From: Parcubacteria group bacterium
GTDB taxonomy: Bacteria; Patescibacteriota; Minisyncoccia; UBA6257; UBA11618
Length of the DNA stretch: 44,822 bases
Direction: 5' to 3'
Assembly: GCA_943349395.1 (NCBI GenBank)
Contig: CALQZH010000001.1
Location: 19,275-64,096, forward strand
Below the pieces are notes generated by a model. It did not search any database, was not told the origin of the DNA, and saw only the letters and a program-made list of their open reading frames with translations. The position numbers were made by a program, and so were the translations under genes. Positions 39,162 to 44,822 of the stretch are shown here, piece by piece. Positions within the stretch are counted from its first letter, which is position 1. Every line of letters starts with the position of its first letter.

Positions 39162-39977
39162 CTAGCCTGCCAATCGCGTCACGAACCAGAAGAGGGCGAG
39201 GAGCGAGATGAGGATGGCGATCATGCGCATCGCCGCATCGTACCGGGGCGTGCCGCGAAAGCGGAAGATGAGAGGCAGGGCGAGGGCGATGATGAGAAGT
39301 TGGCCGATTTCGATGCCGGCATTGAATGATAGCAGGGACGTGGCGAATGCGTCTTTCGGGATCTCGACTTCCTTGAGCAGGCCGGCGAATCCGAGTCCGT
39401 GGAACAGGCCGAAAAAGAAAACCATGCCGATCTTCACGCGCGGGTTGCCGATGCGCCGGCTGGCTTTGAAAAATACGCTGCTTATCGCCACGACGGCGAT
39501 GGAGAGGGCGATGAGCGGCTCGGTGATGCGCGGGGGGATCGTCAGGATGCCGGCGCCGGAGAGGATGAGGGTGATCGTATGGGCGACGGTGAAGGTCGCG
39601 GTGAGCGCGAGAATGTCCCGTAGGGAGACGAAGGCGAGGAGGAGGGAAAGCACGAAGAGGATGTGGTCGGGTCCGCTGAGGATATGCCCGACGCCGAGCG
39701 CGAGGAAATTCCAGATGGTGCGGAGGACGGTGTCGCCGCGTTTTTTCCCGCGAAAGGCCTCGACGACGTTCCGTTCCCGTTCGCTGCCGGATACGAGCTG
39801 GGGAACGTCGGTTGTGATGAATGCCCGAAGATCCGCTTCGCTCGCGCCCGGATGGCTCTTGATGTATTCCTGGAGGTTTTTCGGTATCAATTCGTGCCCG
39901 ATCGCGGGCGCGTGGGGAAAAAACAAGCCTGCGATGAGAAGTAATGGAATGAATGATCGTCCCGATCCCATTTTCAT
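39162..39977 (-). CDS. HupE/UreJ-family membrane protein
   Basis: GVGHILSGPDHILF, FTVAHTITL, EPLIALSI, FGLFHGLGFA and FNAGIEIGQ motifs. Confidence 0.88.
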   Translation of the reverse strand: MKMGSGRSFIPLLLIAGLFFPHAPAIGHELIPKNLQEYIKSHPGASEADLRAFITTDVPQLVSGSERERNVVEAFRGKKRGDTVLRTIWNFLALGVGHILSGPDHILFVLSLLLAFVSLRDILALTATFTVAHTITLILSGAGILTIPPRITEPLIALSIAVVAISSVFFKASRRIGNPRVKIGMVFFFGLFHGLGFAGLLKEVEIPKDAFATSLLSFNAGIEIGQLLIIALALPLIFRFRGTPRYDAAMRMIAILISLLALFWFVTRLAG

Positions 39978-39978
39978 A

Positions 39979-41253
39979 TCACAAGCGCTTCAGCTCCTCG
40001 CGGGCCGCCGATGCATAGGGTATCGAGAAATGGGGATCGATCGAAAGGGCCTTTTCGAGGAGGCGCCTGGCTTCCGGGATGGCGCCGTTCGCCTTCGCGA
40101 TCATTCCGGCGTGGAAGACGATCAAGGGGTCGTTTTCCCCGAGCCGGAGCGCACGCGAACTTTCGATCCGGGCGGGCGCGAAATCGCCCGCTTTGTAGTG
40201 GGCCCATGCCAGGGCATCGTCGGCATGGATATTCGGGCGGTTGGCCTTCGCGGTGCGGGCCTTCGCGAGCGCGAGTGCGGGGTCGCCATGGTCGGCCAGG
40301 AACAGTGCGTATTCCAAATCGGTATCGGTGCCGGCGGCCTTCGACTGCTCATAGGTTATGTTCACGACGGCGAACTGCTGGTCGGCGCTTTTCGTGTCGC
40401 CGCGCGCCTCTGCCAGTTCGCCCAGATCGGTCGCATACTGGGCGATCGGAAGCGCGGCAAAGGCACGCTCGAAAAATGTCCGTGCGGCGGCATGGTTCCC
40501 GCGAGCGAAGGCGGCCTTGCCCAGTCCCTCCAGGCTCGGTGCATGATCAGGATAGATGAGGAGGCCCCGCTCGAATGAACGCTCGGCTTCCTCTAGGCTC
40601 GTGCGCGCCTGCAATTTCCCCAGTTCGGCATATGCCCAGGCGGTGTTTTCCGCAAAGCCCGAGCCGGCTCCGATCGCCTTCTCTAAGGCGTCAATGGCGC
40701 CGGCCGCATCGCCATGGAGCTCCCGTGCATACGCGATGCGGCTCCATGAATTGAAGTCGGGCCGTTTGTCGACCATCGCTTGGAATGTGGCGATGGCTTC
40801 GGGATACATGCCGAGCTCGAGCTCGGCATCGCCTACCAGTCCGTCATATGCCGGTCGTGCCGGAGCAAGGGCCTGCGCCTTGAGGGCGGAGGCCAATGAT
40901 TTTCGGAAGTCGTGCCGTCCGGCATCGATCGATGCCTGGAGCGCGGGAACGTCCCCATTCCGGGGATCAATCTTCGCGACGGTCCCGAGCAGCCGTTCGA
41001 TTTCCGAATAATACGAGGTGTCCGCGGTTTCGCGCGCCTTTTGCGCGTACAGGTGCGCGAGCGCGATATAGGGCGTCGCATCGTCCGGATGCTGTTGGAG
41101 TCGGAAACGGAGAGTCTCTATGTCCCTGTCGAGCGATGGGGTAGGCGGAACGGCGCGGGCGTTTTGAAAATGCGAACGGGAAATCAGCAAGAAAGATAAT
41201 CCGATGGCGATCGGCGCGAGCGCATATGCGATATAGGTTCGGCGTGATGGCAT
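39979..41253 (-). CDS. Membrane-anchored TPR protein
   Basis: N-terminal TM followed by multiple TPR-like helical repeats (DALAWAHYKAG, FHAGMIA). Confidence 0.85.
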   Translation of the reverse strand: MPSRRTYIAYALAPIAIGLSFLLISRSHFQNARAVPPTPSLDRDIETLRFRLQQHPDDATPYIALAHLYAQKARETADTSYYSEIERLLGTVAKIDPRNGDVPALQASIDAGRHDFRKSLASALKAQALAPARPAYDGLVGDAELELGMYPEAIATFQAMVDKRPDFNSWSRIAYARELHGDAAGAIDALEKAIGAGSGFAENTAWAYAELGKLQARTSLEEAERSFERGLLIYPDHAPSLEGLGKAAFARGNHAAARTFFERAFAALPIAQYATDLGELAEARGDTKSADQQFAVVNITYEQSKAAGTDTDLEYALFLADHGDPALALAKARTAKANRPNIHADDALAWAHYKAGDFAPARIESSRALRLGENDPLIVFHAGMIAKANGAIPEARRLLEKALSIDPHFSIPYASAAREELKRL

Positions 41254-41284
41254 ATTGGCGTGATAGGGGACGATTGTCCGTAAA

Positions 41285-41311
41285 GACGGGGCGCCCGTGT
41301 GGGCGCCCCGT
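41285..41311. terminator. Intra-operon GC hairpin (stabiliser or partial terminator)
   Basis: GACGGGGCGCCC-gtgt-GGGCGCCCCGTC perfect 12-bp stem. Confidence 0.6.
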
Positions 41312-41351
41312 CAGTATCCTCATCGTGCGACTCTTCCGCAAGGGGAGGGGC

Positions 41352-43070
41352 TTAGTAACCCTTCGCTTGCAGGGCCGCTCTCGTCATCTCGCCTACCATG
41401 CCGGTGGCGGGAAGATTCCACTTTGCCTGGAGCTTCTTCACCGCTTCTGCGGTCATGGGGCCGAAGCGGCCATTCGGAGCATCGATGCCCAAGAAGCCTT
41501 CGGCAATCAGGATGCCCTGGAGGCAGCTCACATCCGCGCCCGTCGAGCCGGACTTCGCGCTCAGGGCTCGCATGAAGCCGCAAGCTTTCATCATGGGCAT
41601 TCCGTTGCCCATCGGCATCATCATGCCCATCTTCTGCTGGTGGGGCATGCTGTCATAGCCGGACGATGGCAGTGCGAGGTAGGGGAATGCCATGCGGAAC
41701 GGCTTGTCATTGGCATCGACGCCGTCGCCCAACTGGGCACCCGTCGCATCAGCCTTGAAGTCGGGGTGGAAGAGCGGATATGCCGCTCCGGCCACCGCGC
41801 GGATCGAGATATCCGTCACGTCGTCGGCCAAGCGCCTGCCGTTCGGATAGCCCTGGGTGTCGCCGCCCAATACGCCCATAGGACTCATCTTGTCGGGGGC
41901 GGTGGGGGCGATCGCCACGTTCAGGCGGAGCTCTTCGGAAGGAACGACGTTCGCCGGCTGGGTAAGGCCCTTGATGCCGGTCAGGAAGATGGCGATCAGG
42001 TCGTCGCGTTGGCTAGCACTCCCGAAGGCGCCTTGGGGCGGGACGGCGATTCCGTACAGTGCCTTCAAAAGGCCGCCGAGTTCGGGGTTCGTGACGCCAT
42101 TCGCGAATTGCGCGTCATCTTTCGGCTTGGACGAATTCCAGAGGTCCTTGGCCGCGAGGGGTACCACTACTTCGTTCACGAGCGGGGCGCCCAAGCGGGA
42201 GACCTGCACCCAGTCGCCGGAGTTCGTGCTGGCTCCGCCGGTTGCGGAAAGCACGCGCGTGGACTGGCGCGAGGTCGTTGACCATACGCCGATGACCGCG
42301 CCGGCATCGGTAGCGGCCATGGGCCGCGCGCCGGTCGAGGTGAGGTCGGCAATCGGAACCTGCACGGCGAGGGAATTCACGTTGAATCCCGCCAGGCCGT
42401 CGACGCCGCCGCCGGCATTGCCGGGGAGCTTGCGGATCGTGAGCAGGTCGAAGAGGCCGCCGAGCTCGACGAAGAACGGGTCATCGCTCTGTCCGGCGAA
42501 GACGGTCGTGGTACCGAGCTGCTTTACGGCCTGGGCCTGCAACGCCGCGTAATTAGGCGTCGACTTGGGGCCGATATTGACCGGTGCGACGGGAATGTCC
42601 GCGCCCAAGACGGTGCTCACGCCTTTCGCGACGCGCGTCAGCGTATAGGTCTGGCGGACGTTGAGGGTCGAATCGGCGATGTTTGCGACTGGTCCGACAT
42701 TGTACAGGAACGTGCCTGCATTGCCGACGGATGTCTTGAAGCGGAATTGGTAGGAGATATCCTCCATCGCGTCGCCGTTGTTGTCTACTTTGATCTCGTA
42801 GAGGGCGTTGTCGTCGAACGGGTAGAAGTTCGGGCCGCCAGCCGGTTCCTGGAAGGGGGATACGTTGGCGATAAGGGTGACGGTATCGGGCCTGTCGGGG
42901 CTTACGAACGCATAGAGGTCGGTCGTGTCCGCGGTCGGATCCTTGGCGATCATCGGGGCTTCGCGGTGGCTGGAGCCGAACGCGCTCGGCGCGAGGGAGA
43001 GGGCCATCGCCGCGGCCGCGAGAAACGCGGCGCCTGTTTTCAGGCGGGACGAAGAAACTGATTGATTCAT
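41352..43070 (-). CDS. Exported DUF4331-domain protein with C-terminal peptidoglycan-binding domain
   Basis: Signal peptide, then SSHREAP, DLYAFVSP, DDPFF, QVSRLGAPLVNE, PNGRRLADDV and FPYL; Met-rich linker; VSCLQ..L...GRFGPMTAEAVKKLQ...TGMVGEMTRAAL (PG_binding_1 pattern). Confidence 0.85.
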   Translation of the reverse strand: MNQSVSSSRLKTGAAFLAAAAMALSLAPSAFGSSHREAPMIAKDPTADTTDLYAFVSPDRPDTVTLIANVSPFQEPAGGPNFYPFDDNALYEIKVDNNGDAMEDISYQFRFKTSVGNAGTFLYNVGPVANIADSTLNVRQTYTLTRVAKGVSTVLGADIPVAPVNIGPKSTPNYAALQAQAVKQLGTTTVFAGQSDDPFFVELGGLFDLLTIRKLPGNAGGGVDGLAGFNVNSLAVQVPIADLTSTGARPMAATDAGAVIGVWSTTSRQSTRVLSATGGASTNSGDWVQVSRLGAPLVNEVVVPLAAKDLWNSSKPKDDAQFANGVTNPELGGLLKALYGIAVPPQGAFGSASQRDDLIAIFLTGIKGLTQPANVVPSEELRLNVAIAPTAPDKMSPMGVLGGDTQGYPNGRRLADDVTDISIRAVAGAAYPLFHPDFKADATGAQLGDGVDANDKPFRMAFPYLALPSSGYDSMPHQQKMGMMMPMGNGMPMMKACGFMRALSAKSGSTGADVSCLQGILIAEGFLGIDAPNGRFGPMTAEAVKKLQAKWNLPATGMVGEMTRAALQAKGY

Positions 43071-43174
43071 AGATTCGTGATTATTTTTTTCGGTTAATTG
43101 TATTCTCGATATCTCGTATCACTCGGAATATCCGATCGGCCTTTCCATTGATAGTTCGAAACTCGATACTAGTA

Positions 43175-43202
43175 AGGATAGAGCCGTTGTCGCTCATGTC
43201 AA
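43175..43202 (-). promoter_or_regulatory. Possible sigma-70 promoter of the DUF4331 operon
   Basis: TTGACA-N16-TATCCT. Confidence 0.4.
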
Positions 43203-43215
43203 CACGTATTTTTTG

Positions 43216-43296
43216 TGCCCCCGAGAGGACTTGAACCTCTACTCCTTGCGGAACATGGTCCTAAACCATGCGCGTCTGCCATTTCGCCACGGGGGC
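43216..43296 (-). tRNA. tRNA-Leu(TAG)
   Basis: GCCCCCG/CGGGGGC acceptor, A73, CATGG-TTTAGGA-CCATG anticodon arm, long variable arm. Confidence 0.95.
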
Positions 43297-43302
43297 TATA
43301 TA

Positions 43303-43331
43303 TTGACTTTTAATACGATTAATGCTATACT
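43303..43331 (+). promoter_or_regulatory. Sigma-70 promoter
   Basis: TTGACT-N17-TATACT with an extended TGn. Confidence 0.65.
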
Positions 43332-43394
43332 ACATAGTAGCATAGGATTCAAAATCATCTCAACCCGAATGCCCGATGGGCGAAGGAGAGTGTC

Positions 43395-43850
43395 ATGTGG
43401 AGCTGGACGTTCTGGCAGAAGAAGTTTCAGAAAGGACTCATGTATGCGGGAGGGGTATTCCTCTTTCTCATCGTGACCGGCTTCTTTCAGATGTTCACGA
43501 CGGGGGAAAGAAGAACCGTCATCGTGCATGAGTATGCACGGGTACCGGAGCCGGAAGTAAGACCGATCCGCAGGTCCGAGCGCGAGCCGCTCGAATGGCT
43601 CTCGCGGGGCGGGGAAGGGGAGGGAGTGTCGGCCATAAACCGGCTATTGCCGAACTTGAAAGAGGTGGAAGTGCCGCCGATGCACTTCGGAACGAGCGAA
43701 GACTTCGCGCCTGTCTCTGCCCCCCCAATGCACCTCGGAGAGGATCAGGGTCTTGCCCCGGTCCATGTGCCTCCGATGCGCTTCGGAGCTCCGGAGAATC
43801 GCGGCCCGCGGTTCGTTTGGCGCAATGGGCGTTGCGTGAAGCTATGGTGA
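43395..43850 (+). CDS. Single-TM protein with three PPM(H/R)xG repeats
   Basis: AAGGAG SD, N-terminal TM, 16-aa periodic repeats, followed by a hairpin at ~43878-43914. Confidence 0.65.
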   Translation: MWSWTFWQKKFQKGLMYAGGVFLFLIVTGFFQMFTTGERRTVIVHEYARVPEPEVRPIRRSEREPLEWLSRGGEGEGVSAINRLLPNLKEVEVPPMHFGTSEDFAPVSAPPMHLGEDQGLAPVHVPPMRFGAPENRGPRFVWRNGRCVKLW

Positions 43851-43933
43851 GGCGGAGCTGTAAAAAAGCGCCCATCAAAAAAACCGAGTTCGGATTATTC
43901 CGAACCCGGTTTTCTATTTTTTGCGTGGAGATA

Positions 43934-44290
43934 TTACCGTCCTACGCCGCACGCCTCGCCTCCTGCGCCGGTGATCGAGCAGATGAACGGGATGACGGCG
44001 AACGCGAGAAGCGCGACTACGATGCCGATTACGGCATTCAATATCATAGGGGAGGCCTCCTTTTCCTTGCCCTGAGTGAAGAGGAATGCGGCTCGGAGAA
44101 GATAGACGAGAGCGGTAAGGAAGATGATTACCTGAAAATAGCCGATAAGGGTATATACGACATTGATGATGCCGGTGAAACCGGCGCCTGAGCCCTGGAC
44201 GCGCGAGATGCCGCGACCTTGGGCGAACGAGGCGAGAGGCGCGGCGAGAGATGCGAGAAGCGATATATGAGTGATTCGGGCGAGTTTCAT
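43934..44290 (-). CDS. VirB2/TrbC-like pilin (CPR type)
   Basis: Signal peptide ending PLASFAQ; two hydrophobic helices separated by a short charged loop, then ILNAVIGIVVALLAF. Confidence 0.7.
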   Translation of the reverse strand: MKLARITHISLLASLAAPLASFAQGRGISRVQGSGAGFTGIINVVYTLIGYFQVIIFLTALVYLLRAAFLFTQGKEKEASPMILNAVIGIVVALLAFAVIPFICSITGAGGEACGVGR

Positions 44291-44361
44291 AATAGTTTCA
44301 GCCTAGCACATAGTGCTTGTATCGTGCCTGTGGATAAATACGGAGCTCGGATCATGGTCGT

Positions 44362-44822
44362 CTATGCGAAGAGTTCTTGGATGATCTGCGTCACGCCGCC
44401 GGCGAGCAAGAGGAGGCCGAAGCCGAGCGCGGCATAGTAGATGGTCTCTTGACCCTTCTTGATCTCAGAGGGGTTGCCGCCCGACTTTGCGATCAGGAAC
44501 GCCCCGTAGAGGCACATGGCAGTCACGACGGGAACGGCGATCGTGATCAGGGCAATCGAGAGCTTGTCGACGAGTTGGCCGACGGTCGAGACGCCGAGCG
44601 GGTTGGGGAGTTCGCCATTCACTTTGAAATTGCCGTTTGCCGGGGCACTCCCTCCCGTATTGAGACTGCCCTTGAAAAGCTGTTGGACGTAAGATTGCTT
44701 GGTCCCCATGATATCGAACCCGGTCTCGCCCATCCTTCCTTGCGCGGTCAGGCTGAAGCTGTTTCCGCTCGGTGCCACGGTGCCATTCAATCTCGAGATG
44801 GATTCAGAGTCGAGAAATGGAT
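44362..44822 (-). CDS. Pilin-like protein with C-terminal VirB2/TrbC-like domain; 5' end probably outside the window
   Basis: LPNPLG...LYGAFLIAKSGGNPSEIKKGQETIYYAALGFGLLLLA. Confidence 0.75.
   Translation of the reverse strand, partial: PFLDSESISRLNGTVAPSGNSFSLTAQGRMGETGFDIMGTKQSYVQQLFKGSLNTGGSAPANGNFKVNGELPNPLGVSTVGQLVDKLSIALITIAVPVVTAMCLYGAFLIAKSGGNPSEIKKGQETIYYAALGFGLLLLAGGVTQIIQELFA

Noticed and set aside
44329-44337. oriC from a DnaA box (TGTGGATAA)
   Set aside because: Single box in a short pilin intergenic gap; no cluster or unwinding element.

Overview
A GC-rich bacterial chromosome segment, most consistent with Patescibacteria (CPR, Parcubacteria-like). This rests on VirB2/TrbC-like pilins, CPR-style exported Cys-motif proteins, an inserted NusA N-terminal domain and many apparently leaderless genes; it is an inference, not a database result. 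Recognisable genes include uppP, purM, a TrmH-family methylase, argS, tyrS, clpP, tig, hppA, nusA, yraN, ftsH and a XerC/D-like recombinase. There are six tRNAs: Ser-GCT, Arg-GCG, Gly-GCC, Val-TAC, Ile-TAT and Leu-TAG. The strongest unexplained signal is a family of ~80-95 bp palindromic elements, present as 1-3 units right after four tRNAs. Their ends mirror the T-loop/3' arm of the adjacent tRNA, their stems show compensatory changes, and low-GC orphan genes sit beside them, suggesting a tRNA-anchored cassette system. Other notable items: a 12-copy TGTTT(C/T)AC(A) array upstream of yraN; tRNA-Ile(UAU) and tRNA-Arg(GCG), which suggest TilS/TadA-free decoding; a serine-less ACP-like protein; an ECF sigma module with two matching promoters; a DUF4331-TPR-HupE/UreJ-like operon; and a sigma-70 gene cut off by a phage-like fragment. 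Family names come from motifs recognised by eye; no searches were run.
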